Part shown: in pieces, positions 51,256 through 63,399 of the stretch
Layout: every line of letters starts with the position of its first letter
Numbering within the stretch: the first letter of the stretch is position 1
From: Magallana gigas
Taxonomy: Eukaryota
Reading direction: 5' to 3'
Assembly: GCF_963853765.1 (NCBI RefSeq)
Contig: NC_088856.1
Coordinates: 55,800,001 to 55,864,000, forward strand
DNA: 64,000 nucleotides
The notes under the pieces: model-generated
What the model saw: the letters and a program-made list of their open reading frames with translations, nothing else
What the model was told of the DNA's origin: nothing
Database searches by the model: none
Program-made: the position numbers and the translations under genes

Positions 51256-52489
51256 AGATCTGACAAGCGCCCTGTTGACCTCACCGTCACGTCGTCTTCG
51301 CTGACCGCACAACGTAGGCAGCTAACAGGTAAGATGTTTGTTTTTACCTGCAGATTTTACCTCGAAGAAATATTGTATATATCATATCATGTATCGTTTT
51401 AAGAAAGAGACCAATATGCAATACGGGGAGGGAAGAGGGGTACTCTCCCCCCACCCCCTGGAATAAGATATTGATATCAATACATTTGTAAGGGAATTTG
51501 GCACGGAAATGTAGTGTATGTGTTAAATGAAATTCAGTTGGATGTTTGTTTGTAAATGACTCGGGGATTAATACACTGGGAAAAAAACTAGAAATTTTGT
51601 TTTGGCCTAACATTATTTTTAGCAGCATACGGTTCTCGACATGGACCATGATATGGTCGTGTACATGCAATATAAGTTAGTTTTAAGATAATATTCTGAT
51701 TTTTTAAAAGGAATTTTATTTGATATTATCACTACTAACAAATAAAGTTTTGCATATGCAACAAATTCTCCCTCCGATATTTGCTGTATATAGTCCAAGT
51801 GTTGTTATCTAGAATAAAAGACAATTATCTCGAACTCTACTCCTTTTCTTATTTTAGCCGTAAATATATTGCGACGTTGCATTGAATATTCACCCCATCA
51901 TATTCTTCTTTGTTAGCCACGGGTTTAAAGAGCGGATCGTAAAATCTTGGCTAGCGAACTTCAAGGTACATGTTCACCCACTTCTACCTCCACGAACATT
52001 AGAACAAGTACGCAAAAATCGTGGTAAAAATTAGAAATTAAGGTGCATTTTCATTAAAGGAAAATTTGGTTGCAACCTCTGGCCTCTTGACGCTGTAGAT
52101 ATCTTGCTTACATTCAAAATAAATTGTCCTGACCAATGTTTCTTAAAAAAAAAACAATAAAATAAATGCAAAGTCATAAAGGGTAAAGAGCTAAATAGGT
52201 CGGTTTTGATATGATTTTAAAACAACTACCAACGAAATAGGTTACATGTATAAATTGAATATGTACTTTGTCACGGATTCTGCATGTGTGTATGATTATG
52301 AATACAAATGAAACAAAATGCTTTAAACCATGGCGTAATTAATTGTTTTTACTCTGTCATGTCTGACCATCTGTCATTCTGTTACTTCTCTCACAAAATT
52401 TCCCGAATTTTTAAAAGCAGGTAAAGTTAACTAATGTGATAAAGAGTACATTTTTTTTCTATTTACAGAACACATCAATATCACTCATC

Positions 52490-54175
52490 ATGTCGAAGTT
52501 AAGCTATCTCTCCAACCCCCGGCAGAAACCCTACCGATACTCTACAATCACAGAACTAATTCAGAAAAACACCCAGCGCTTCCCAGACCACGAAATCTTG
52601 ATACATCGCGGCATAGATGGGTCACGTGATGCCATGACGTATAAGGAACTATACATGGAAGCCTCTAAGCTGGCAAAGTTCCTGGTTTACAAAGGGATTC
52701 AAAAGGGGGACAAGATTGCATTGTTTGGACCAAATACTCTAGAATGGGTAGTAGGAGAGCTGGCGATACTTTTGGCGGGAGGCGTCGCTGTCCACGTGAC
52801 AATCAGCGTCACAGACGCGCGGGATCTCTGGGATATCTTCAGGCAGGCGGATTGTAAAGCTTTCCTGATTGACCCTGGGAAAGGCGAAGCGTTTCTGGAC
52901 GCCATTTTCCAGTTACTTGCGCTTTTCCGGCGCCGACGTCCTTCAAGACAGTACAAGGACATAGACTCGAACGACGCGACAGTTTTGTTTCTCAGGGAAG
53001 TTGACGGTATCCAAGGTTACCGAAATCTTCCAGGAATCCTGGAAATGGAAGACACTGATGTGCAGCTTCCAGTGCTTTATCCCGAGGACGAAATTCTTAT
53101 TTTTACCACCTCTGGTAGCACAGGGAAGCCCAAGATGGTCTCCCATTCTCACTTTGATGTCAACAACATTGACCTTTTTGAGAAAGAGCCCACCATGGAG
53201 TCCATTCAAGAAAAGACTTACAACGACCGGCCGTTTGGCTGGGTAGGCGGGTCACCTGTCATCCAAATCAGCAACGGCATCACTCGGGTGTTCAGCGATT
53301 CCTCGCTGGCAATCAAAGGCAATGACATCATGTCGGTATGGGACATGATTAAAGCAGAACGATGCTCAAAAGCCCTCCTGATGCCTTACTGTCTAGGGGA
53401 CCTGATAGCCATGAAGGACTCTTACACTGACGACTTTCAGTTAGACGTTATTCTTTGTGGTGGTCAGATTATTGATAACTTCTACACACAGGTTGTTGGG
53501 GTCTATACAAAGAATCTGGTAGTAGTGTATGGGTCGACGGAGGCGGGCTTTGTCACAATGAGACCCCCGATACAAGAAGGGGACACACTGGAGATCGGAG
53601 ACATTGGCGGTCCGGTGGGAGGAGTCGAACTGAAGACCGTGGATGAAAGTGGAGACGTTCTTCCCCGAGGGGTTCCGGGAGAGCTCTGCATCAGAAGCCG
53701 TATGGTATTTAAGGGATATTTTCAAAACGAAGAAGCCAACAAAGTTTCTTTTATTGGTAACAGATGGTTTCGATCAGGAGATATTGCAGCTATAACCAAT
53801 GACAACAACGTCGTAATTCAAGGACGAATAAAGGACATTATTTCCCGCGGCACCAGGAAAATTATGCCGGATGCTGTAGAAGATGTCATCATACAGATGA
53901 GCGGTCTACTGCACGTGGCCGTGGTTCCTGTCCCAGACAAGCGTCTATATGAAGAGGTGTGTCTCTGCTTCGTCACAGACAGAAATTCTGACGTCACTGT
54001 TGATGACGTCAAACGTTTTTGTGAGGAGCATTTTGAAGTTAGGCAGTCGGCAGATGGATTGGGTGAGAGACCGACGTACTACTTCAAGTTTGATTCGTTT
54101 CCAATGTTGGGCACTGGTAAACCTAACAAACGGATGATAAAGATGGACGCTGAGAACCGTCTCAAAAATCAATGA
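52490..54175 (+). CDS. Acyl-CoA synthetase / AMP-dependent ligase (ACSF2/FadD-like), intronless CDS, 561 aa
   Basis: Long ORF with P-loop FTTSGSTGKPK, YGSTE, FRSGD, GRIKDII.RG and C-terminal PMLGTGK lysine. First ATG after the acceptor is at 52490. Confidence 0.93.
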   Translation: MSKLSYLSNPRQKPYRYSTITELIQKNTQRFPDHEILIHRGIDGSRDAMTYKELYMEASKLAKFLVYKGIQKGDKIALFGPNTLEWVVGELAILLAGGVAVHVTISVTDARDLWDIFRQADCKAFLIDPGKGEAFLDAIFQLLALFRRRRPSRQYKDIDSNDATVLFLREVDGIQGYRNLPGILEMEDTDVQLPVLYPEDEILIFTTSGSTGKPKMVSHSHFDVNNIDLFEKEPTMESIQEKTYNDRPFGWVGGSPVIQISNGITRVFSDSSLAIKGNDIMSVWDMIKAERCSKALLMPYCLGDLIAMKDSYTDDFQLDVILCGGQIIDNFYTQVVGVYTKNLVVVYGSTEAGFVTMRPPIQEGDTLEIGDIGGPVGGVELKTVDESGDVLPRGVPGELCIRSRMVFKGYFQNEEANKVSFIGNRWFRSGDIAAITNDNNVVIQGRIKDIISRGTRKIMPDAVEDVIIQMSGLLHVAVVPVPDKRLYEEVCLCFVTDRNSDVTVDDVKRFCEEHFEVRQSADGLGERPTYYFKFDSFPMLGTGKPNKRMIKMDAENRLKNQ

Positions 54176-55191
54176 ATAGAGGATGTGTTCTGTTGGATTT
54201 AAGGCTCAGCTAGGGAGGGCTACATGCGCTGATCATTCATATGATTCATATGATTTTTCACCTTCAATGAAAATTCACAGACGTCATTCGCTAGTTAGGA
54301 GCAGATGAGATTGTTTAGGTCTAAGTTCTAGTATCATACCATAATTAAGCTTCATTCTTGTAGTTAAGTTTTAATCTTTTGACAATATTATGTACTAGTA
54401 ATAAATATGCATTCAATGTGTTGATGTTATCTTACAAAAATATGTGTTAACAGTTATCGATTGTGCACAATGCTGGGAAGATGGAAAGATGTATCTGTTA
54501 AATTTCTTGTTCTTCTATTTGTCAACTTTTAAACTAGCTTTTAAGATTTTGTTTTCACGTTTCGGGCATCACCATTTGTTTCTTTATTACCCTGAATCTC
54601 TGTTGTTGTTTTTACTTGTACAGTTTTATTTTCTTTTATATATGGCATATGCTCACCTGTATATTACTCTACAAGATGTATTCTAGCTCGTCAACTTTAT
54701 ACATTAGTTTCTTAATAAACATCCTAAAATTATCGTTTATGCTGTGGTTCCATAACAGTTGGTAAATACGTCGATCGGCGATTACATAATTATATGCTGC
54801 ACTTATAATCATATATACATTGAATATGGTGTCATGTTATATATAATGCACAGCATAATCGAGTTTTGCAGGGTCATGTACTTAATGACTTGGGTAAAGC
54901 TGTTTACATCGCTGTTTAAGACAAATGTAACACCACTGATGACGTATTTTTCGATTTTTGCCAGATAAGTTCGACCTACATGTAACGGTTTTTTTGCGAC
55001 AATAAAGAAATGTTTAATATACTGATTAACAAAAAAATCGGTCGGATGTGATGACCCAGATGCGCTTCGACCAGTTTGAGTAAAGTAACCTACAAATACT
55101 AGTGCATTGTAGTTCATTACAGTTGAACATTGACTGCGATTTCCTGTCAGTGAATAAATTCGTTTCGATTAAATTATATCTAATTCTGCTG

Positions 55192-55248
55192 TTTTTATAC
55201 CCCCGCTCCAAAAGAGTGGGGGGGGGGGTATACTGTTTTACCCTTGTG

Positions 55249-55288
<40 letters not shown>

Positions 55289-56190
55289 CGTCTGTCTGTC
55301 TGTCTGTCCGTCCGTAACAAAAAATTCTGTCGCATTTATCTCAGCAACTATTTATCGCAGATGCTTGAAAGTTTTACACAGTGTTTGTTAAGGCATGCCA
55401 TATCGTGGGATATATTTTTGTACCAATCGGACGTCAAATTCCTGTTAAATGACGACTTTGCTTATTTTTTAACCAAAATTTTGAAACAAATTTTCGTCAA
55501 AGATTTCTCAGCAACTTTTTATCGCAGATGCTTGAAATTTTTACACAATATTTGTAAAGGCATGTAAAATCGTGGGATATATTTTTGTACCAATCAGATG
55601 TCAACTTCCTGTTAAAAGACGACTTTGTTTTTTTTAGCAAAAATTTTCAAACAAATTTTTGTCAAAGAATTCTCACCAACTGTTTATCGCAGATGCTTGA
55701 AATTTTTACACAGTATTTGTAAAGGCATGCTATATCGTGGGATGTATTTTTGTACCAATCGGACGTCAACTTCCTGTTTAATGAGTACTTTGTTTATTTT
55801 TAGCCAAAATTTTCAAACAAATTTCCGACAAAGATCTCGCAGCAACTATTTATCGCAGATGCTTGAAATTTTAACACACTATTTGTTTAGGCATGCTATA
55901 TTGTGGGATATATTTTGTATCAATCGGACGTCAACTTCTTGTTAAATAACGACTTTGTTTATTTTTAGCCAAAATTTTGAAACAAATTTTCGTCAAAGAT
56001 TTCTCAGCAGCTATTTATCACAGATGCTTGAAATTTTAACACAGTGTTTGTTAAGGCATGCCATATTGTGGGATATATTTCTGTACCAATCGGATGCCAC
56101 CTTTCTGTTAAATGTAGATTTTGCTTATTTTGCATATTCACATCAGAGCGGGGGTATCACTAGTGAGCATTGGCTCACAGATATCTTGTT
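55192..56190 (+). mobile_element. Non-autonomous Helentron/HINE-type element with ~167-bp internal tandem repeats
   Basis: 5' tttttatacccccgctc, (ctgt)n microsatellite, about five cagcaactatttatcgcagatgcttgaaa units, subterminal inverted repeat gagcgggggtat, 3' hairpin gtgagcattggctcac, then tcttgtt. Confidence 0.85.
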
Positions 56191-58180
56191 AACTGAGCGT
56201 AGTTATTTTCCCCCACATAAGCATTTTACATGAGAACTACTTCAATTTAAAGAATATGACAGGCACGTAGCATCGTTTTTGAAGAGGGAGGGGGGCAGAC
56301 TCATCCAAAAAATCTTGACAAGCAAAAAAGAAAAAGGAAATTAGGACTTTCCAAAAATATCCTTTGCACCTCAAGCAAATCCCAGATCACGCGATACACC
56401 GCGGCATAGAGATAAAGATGGAAGCTGAATACCACCTCTAAAATCAGTGAATTTTAAAATCAAATTCTTTTAAATAGCGTTAAGGTAAAATCTTGCATTC
56501 GTGCATTTGATTTTCACCAATAGGAAACATGCTGGGTTTGAGTTCGCGTGTTGATGTGTACATATTTTAGTGAAGTTACTATTACACTGCACATACATGT
56601 ATCATCACGAAGGGATTCAGTAGAAAAAAAGGGACACGAAACAAACAATAACACAATTCTTTATTGGCCTCTGATATCTTACACTCCTGGAGTCTATTAC
56701 CTCAGATATCATGTGCCTTTTTTATCCTGTAGTACCATGAAAACATACGGTATCTACTCTTACTATATTATATTTCTTCATGCACCAAAAAACCCGACAT
56801 CAACCACGGCCCTTTTTTCAATCATATTAGTTTCATGCTCACAGTTTAACTTTTTTGACAATATGAAGTAAAAAGAATGTACCGGTACAAATGTATTCAA
56901 TGTTTGAATCGTTCCTCTCACCACTACTGTGTTTTCAGTTTTTAACCATTTTCTAGGATTCGGTTTTCTTCTCCTGTATGTAGATATGTTGTAGCTATTT
57001 TTATTCAATACATTTTGTTAAACTGTTTATCGTATTTTTAATAATACACATCTATAGACTATCATACGCTATATTCTGATTTGAAACTATTTATAGTGAA
57101 CATGCCCATGCATGTATTTTATGTTTTGCTTTCATATTATCATGCATATCTACACGCATATCGGAAATTAAAATTGATACCAGCCATGTTTTGATGATTT
57201 TTACAGGAAGGTGTATTAGGAATTTAGCTGTATGACAAATTCGTGTGCAGTTTGTTTTTGTATGCACACATGGTAGAAAGAAAGCAATCTAAACAAACTA
57301 ACTGAAATCAGTTTACAACTTATTTTAATTAGATTGAAAACGCCTCCATTACACCTTAACAAAGAGGAGAAAGTTTAAACTTATGAATCATGCTATAAAA
57401 AATTTTCACTTACATGAAATGGAATGTAAACATGTTAATTATAAAAATTATTTACATTGTATATATACTGGAGATATAACACAATATAACACAATGTGTT
57501 AAGATGGATAAAATACTTTTTTGTCTAAAATGTAAAAAAAAACAACAACACAAACATCTGTATACTACAGAAATGTTCCTAACAATTATATACACAAGAA
57601 TTACTTCACAATGCTATACTATCTGTCCTTTAACATTCCTGTAATTTCTTCTCTTAATTTGTATCTATACTCTGTCCCGAGTTTTTGCTTCCACCACTTT
57701 TTGCTTGATATTTCAATAATAGTAAATACCCATGTGCTCAAACTACGTTCATCCATTAATATGAAAAATGTCCAGATTATCTGTTTTGAAACGCCCCATC
57801 TACCGCTTCAGGTTTCAATACACATCCAAAAATTGAAAGTCTACGGAGATTTTGCATTGCATCAGCCATTAATAAGCCCGGATGATAATGTTAAAAAATT
57901 GCGCTATGTATTCCGAGTGTATTCCAAATGGAGAAAAGATGTAAACATTTCCCATTATCTCCGTAAAAAATTTTTTTTCGTTCCTGTGGAATTTTTTGAG
58001 TGAATAGGGATAATTGTTCAATGAAGATATCTTGGATATATTCCTTTTCATCGATTTGAATTGTATTTCTTTCACAGGTATGTGTATTTTTATTAAAAAT
58101 CATCAAAAATTGAAGCCATAACTTGGGACAGACTATAGACACCAAACGATAAAAGAGGGACTAGCCGTGTTGAAAATGTC

Positions 58181-59317
58181 CTATTTTCTGCCGTTAAACA
58201 TTCCCTTGATCTCTTCTCTTAATTTTGTATCCATAAACCCATAGATGAACGGATGAATTGTTGAGTCGAATATGTTGGAGTTGTAGGCTATGAGGCTCGC
58301 CTGGAGCTGACTGTAGGTGAGCTGGTGCCAGAACGTGTGCTCTCCCACGGTGATGGACATGAGTGTTATGACCACGGAAGGAATCAGGTTGAAGGCGTAC
58401 ACCCCTGTTAGTACCATGAAGGTGTACGTGAAGCGGTGCTTCCGGAAGTGATAGGCCATGGTTTGTCTCCACAATGCCTTACCCCACAAACTGTTAAGAC
58501 GTTCTCTTGACCTTCCGGTCTTTCTTTCGGTTTTAATAATAGAGTCGGTTTTGGAGCCAATGGGTCCTAATTCAAAAGACGACGTTTTGCTCAGGGAATC
58601 TTGTTTTGCCGGTGCATTTATTTTCTTCCTGTGGGTTCTTTTTTTAAACGCTGTGTGGATGATGCGGGCAATATAGGAGTATAGAACCGCCATTACTATC
58701 ACTTGACAGAAAACCAGACACAGAATAATCCCCGTATTAAGGACGGCAGCTGTTTCATTTTTCGGACCGTGTTTCTCGCTGCATTGATGAAACGTAATGT
58801 TTTCAACGTTCAAATTGCGATGCTCTTTAATTTGAACCTCCAATTCTCCGTAGAAGATCCAGATTGTGGAACTAGAGATCGCAGCAATAACTACTGCGAC
58901 ACATAACGAGATCCACTTTTGTTTTAAACTTAAGGATTTCTTACCATTGTGGTAGAACAACAGAAACCGGTCAACTGCTATCAAAAGTAAAATTATGGAC
59001 GATATGTGTACAAATACGTCAAGGAAATAAGTTCCTATCTGACAGAGAATGTCTGATTTAGGCGTAATAAAGTAAAAGTTCAGGTACACTCTGTATACAG
59101 TCCCTACTACACAAACAATCGCATCGTTCATCGCTAAAAACGGGACAAAAAAACGACCAGAATCCATCCATTTTGTCAGTCGAAAGAGGAAAACAAAGAC
59201 GATCATACAGTTTGCGACAGCACCAATGGAACTTGTTATTATCATAATAACAGACACCGGCAATCTGTCGTCTGCCATGACACGGTTCAACGCTTCCAAC
59301 GTCACTTCCTTGTTCAT
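58181..59317 (-). CDS. Class A (rhodopsin-like) orphan GPCR, intronless
   Basis: Seven hydrophobic segments; TM1 GAVANCMI, TM2 LAMND, TM3 LLIAVDRF, extracellular Cys pair, basic ICL3, TM7 HPFIYGF. ATG at 59317; ORF open further upstream. Confidence 0.88.
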   Translation of the reverse strand: MNKEVTLEALNRVMADDRLPVSVIMIITSSIGAVANCMIVFVFLFRLTKWMDSGRFFVPFLAMNDAIVCVVGTVYRVYLNFYFITPKSDILCQIGTYFLDVFVHISSIILLLIAVDRFLLFYHNGKKSLSLKQKWISLCVAVVIAAISSSTIWIFYGELEVQIKEHRNLNVENITFHQCSEKHGPKNETAAVLNTGIILCLVFCQVIVMAVLYSYIARIIHTAFKKRTHRKKINAPAKQDSLSKTSSFELGPIGSKTDSIIKTERKTGRSRERLNSLWGKALWRQTMAYHFRKHRFTYTFMVLTGVYAFNLIPSVVITLMSITVGEHTFWHQLTYSQLQASLIAYNSNIFDSTIHPFIYGFMDTKLREEIKGMFNGRK

Positions 59318-59906
59318 GGTGACGTTTGACACAAAAGGTGGCGTATTTTTTAATAGCTATTCCAAATCAGTTCAGAATTTGTAACACTAGCGACGAGCAT
59401 CAAAGATGTCTAATATTATCCATGTATTTGCATCTTTTCGACATCAATACTTGAGACATATAAAAACGGGATATATATCCTGGATTACACGTGTTTTTAT
59501 CACTAATATCCGCTTTTATAGAAATGTTTTACACTGATTAACACAGTTGATGAAGAACGTCAACGGATGCGACAAGTCTATCAACAGTAACGCTAATAAC
59601 CAATTAGAGTACAATACATTACAAATACTACTAGTGCATTATAGTACACTGAAGTAAAACGTTGTCAGCCGGTAATAACGATTTCCTGTCACAGTGATTA
59701 AATCTATTTCATTTATAAGAAAATAGTGTTTTGTTCAAAGATTTCACGATAACGTGTACTTGCGGTAGTTTAATAATATAATTTATTACAAAGATTAATT
59801 TGTTCAACGTAAATGCCATATGTTCATATAACAAAAATCATTCATTTGCCTAGTATGTGGTTTAAATTGAGTAATAAAAGCTCGAAAACAAACACTAATA
59901 TGTAAC

Positions 59907-59907
<1 letters not shown>

Positions 59908-59978
<71 letters not shown>
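59908..59978. repeat. (GT)n microsatellite
   Basis: Perfect dinucleotide run of about 35 units. Confidence 0.97.
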
Positions 59979-59979
<1 letters not shown>

Positions 59980-60371
59980 ACTTTACAGACTCCGAAAATT
60001 TCTTACAACAATTGTTTGCGTTTTGTCGAGGACCTAAATGATATGTAAACACACGTTTGTGTGAAAAATCAGTTCAAATAACGTTGCATCCGCCATGTTG
60101 CCGTATACATTTTGAAGCTTTACGGCATTATTGTTAAGGAAATCGCTTGACAATTGTTTTGCCTCAAAATAGAATATCTCGACGTCATTGGATGAAACGA
60201 GATTGCCTTACAAATTTCTTCAAAAGGCGAGCGTCAAAATTTATACGGCAGCATGTTGGAAGTAACGTTATTTTAACTGATTTTTCAAACAAACATTCGA
60301 CCATGCCTTTAATTTTTAAGTTCCAAAATATTTAGAATGATCCTTCTTTGCCCGTGACGTAATATCACGAT

Positions 60372-60690
60372 CCTAAAATGTTGCACAGGCAACTGCATGA
60401 CGAGGAACGAAAACAAATAAGAGAATTAAGCTAGTAATCTAATTGTTATATTATCTTTTGTTTGTTTATATATCAAACTTTAGGTCCTCTACAAAACAGA
60501 CACTTATTATGCCTAAAATGTTGCAAAGACAACTGCATGACGAGGAACGAAAACAAATAAGAGAATTAAGCTAGTAATCTAATTGTTATATTATCTTTCG
60601 TTTGTTTATATATCAAACTTTAGGTCCTCTACAAAACAAAACACTTAAAACTTTAGGTCCTCTACAAAACAGACACTTATTATGCCTGAT
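60372..60690. repeat. 140-bp tandem duplication plus a partial third copy
   Basis: cctaaaatgttgc...gaggaacgaaaacaaataagag... at 60372 and 60512; the ctttaggtcctctacaaaacagacac tail recurs near 60650. Confidence 0.85.
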
Positions 60691-63399
60691 TCTTTTTAAA
60701 ATTAATAGAAATAAAAAATGGAAAGTATGTCGGTGTTCACACCATGACATTTAATTGTATTATCACACGCACTGATATAACTATTGTTATTATGCATTAC
60801 CAGTGCTAGTTTTGACAACCATGTGATCTAATATAGACCCCTAAAACTTGTTTCACATCTCTGAGTGATTCTTTTTTTAAATTAAGAACAATAAGAAATT
60901 AGGAGTCAGTCGCTGTTTACAATTGCTAGCTTTGACAACCATGTGATTAAACCTTACAGGTACCGTTCTGGTACATTCTGATAACACACACAATAGGATT
61001 AAAGATGTCACAATCAATAGATTTATTCATGCTTACTATTTTCCTGTACGGTACCTCTGATTTTTATTCTATGTTATATCCTTTTTGGTGCCTCAGATTT
61101 TGTCAATTCAGGTATTGGTCAATATTGGACTATACTCGGACTGTTCTATTTGTTTACTATGATGCTATAAATACCCATGTTTTGGTCAGTGAGCCGGGGT
61201 CCATTAGCACGCACTGCAGTACTAACACGATGTATGGCTAAGTGTATTTTTTACGGTAACCATATCCATTAGGGGTAAGTTCGTTTTTCCTTATACTTTA
61301 GTCTTGTTTGTAATATTTAAGACTTTAGGTAACTGTTCTTATACGTGTTCGATAGTATTTTCGTGTTAACGTTTTACATAGTACTTGTTTATTTACCGTA
61401 GAGTTATGGTGCGTTTGTGTGACAAGCGTGGTTTGCTAGTTTATTTGTGAGTTTTTATTTCGTAGTCTTGTACGGCGTTATTGGTCATACATTGACTGTT
61501 TTGTGATGTTAAGGGGTCTTATACACTTAACTTTATTGCATGTTAAGAGGTCTTATACGCTTAACTGTGACTGTGTTTGATACGTTAAGGGGTCTGATAC
61601 ACTTAACGGTTTTTCACAGCGAGTATTGTTCGGTGTGATTGTATGGCGTGCAGTTGCGGTAATTAGGTAAATAAGTATATTGTGAAAGTGAAACGTTTAA
61701 TTGAAAATATTGTTATTTATATATAATTAAAAGGTTCCAGCAAGACTCCAGCAATGTCCCAGTGATGATTCGGCCATAGTCACCAGTGTTCCGGTATTGA
61801 ACATCTTACCACCCGTGTAACCTCCTTCGAGTATTCACTTACTACGCTGGAAGCCGGTGGACGGAAGCCGTCATCTTAGGACGTGGTACCGAAGGAGGAC
61901 ACATTGGAGGAACACTGGAGGGACACTGCTGTCCAATATTCCACCATAGGACATTGACGAATCAGATATTAGAAACATTTTTTTGTTAATATTTTGTGTG
62001 TGTGTGTGAATGTGTATATTTGTAAATTTATTGATTTTATATATAGATAAAGATTGTAAATACTTATTGTTGTTTTCATTGCTTGACTGGTTAGACACAC
62101 GACGGCTGTCGTGACAAAAGATAACAACCAATGTCTGTCTATTTGAGTCTTTCTGAAAAAGGTGAAACATATACAACTGTACCATATAAATTTGATAACA
62201 ATATTAGCTACGGCAATAATAGAAACATATTGGTTGTCATATTATTTTAACGCCATTTCATCGTTTACTGAAACATTTCTTCTTTTTTTTATTATTTTTG
62301 GAACAATCTATATATTTCATGATATGTTCAAACTTCCTGATCAATTGACATAAATAGCTGCTTCACATCAACATGTAAAATCTACAAAAAGTATACATGT
62401 ATCACTAATATCCGTTTCCTAATAAACGTTTGACACTGAATATCATCATAAACGTCCGGCGGATTGGCGACAGCGAAAACAGTGACGCTAATGGTCGATT
62501 TAAGTACTATACTCAGTCTGGAATTACACAGACTGATGCAGTACATTGCATTACAGTTAGACTTTAAGAAAGTAATTGATAAACATTTCCTGTGAGTAAG
62601 TCAATCTCGAACAAATCTCAGTCAAAGTATATGTATGGTTTTTTTAGACTCTTTAACAAACATATATAAAACAGACAACTAGACTATCAGATAATACAAG
62701 AATATACATCTCTACAGTCTCAAAAGTCTAAAAAAAAAAAATTTAGATCTTAATTACATTGTACTGTTAAAAAATAGTTGTAAATTTGAGTTATGTTTCA
62801 GTTTTAATAAGGATTAATATTTTGAGTAGCATAAGGTGATCAAATACGATCCGGCCGATCAGATCTCATACTGTAAATTACAATTTTCCGCGGTTCTGTA
62901 TCAAATCCCAGAATGTAAATACGCGTACACCATTTTTTGGTAATATTTTTACGTAGTTCAAAACCGGCCGAAATATAAAACGAGATTTTAAAATCCGCCA
63001 AAGATCTTCTGGCGATTTAACCAGACATGCTACTGTACAATTTTATCAGCTGGAAGAACATCGTTATTTATATTAACAACTCTTCAATTCCCTATCATAT
63101 CTCTTAATATATAAATAAAAAATATTTTGTTTCTTTAAGTGTTACATAAGTTACAAGGAAATGTCTTGGAGAATACATAACATACATGTAGCTACATATA
63201 TTCAATATATCTCAAATATAATGTACTGAAACAGTTTACGCTCTCACTGCAGTTTATAAAGCATTAACAAACCAAACCTTTTTTCCTGTGTAAAACAAGT
63301 GGCTATTCATTTTAATGGAAACGGGTAACAGGAAGTAAAAACATTTTAACAAAGCTCTTTAGTCAATAATACACAGGATACAGAAATAGATTTTCTCAT

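Noticed and set aside
55244-56233. Overlapping ORFs of 90-107 aa
   Set aside because: They arise from the microsatellite and ~167-bp repeats of the HINE element.
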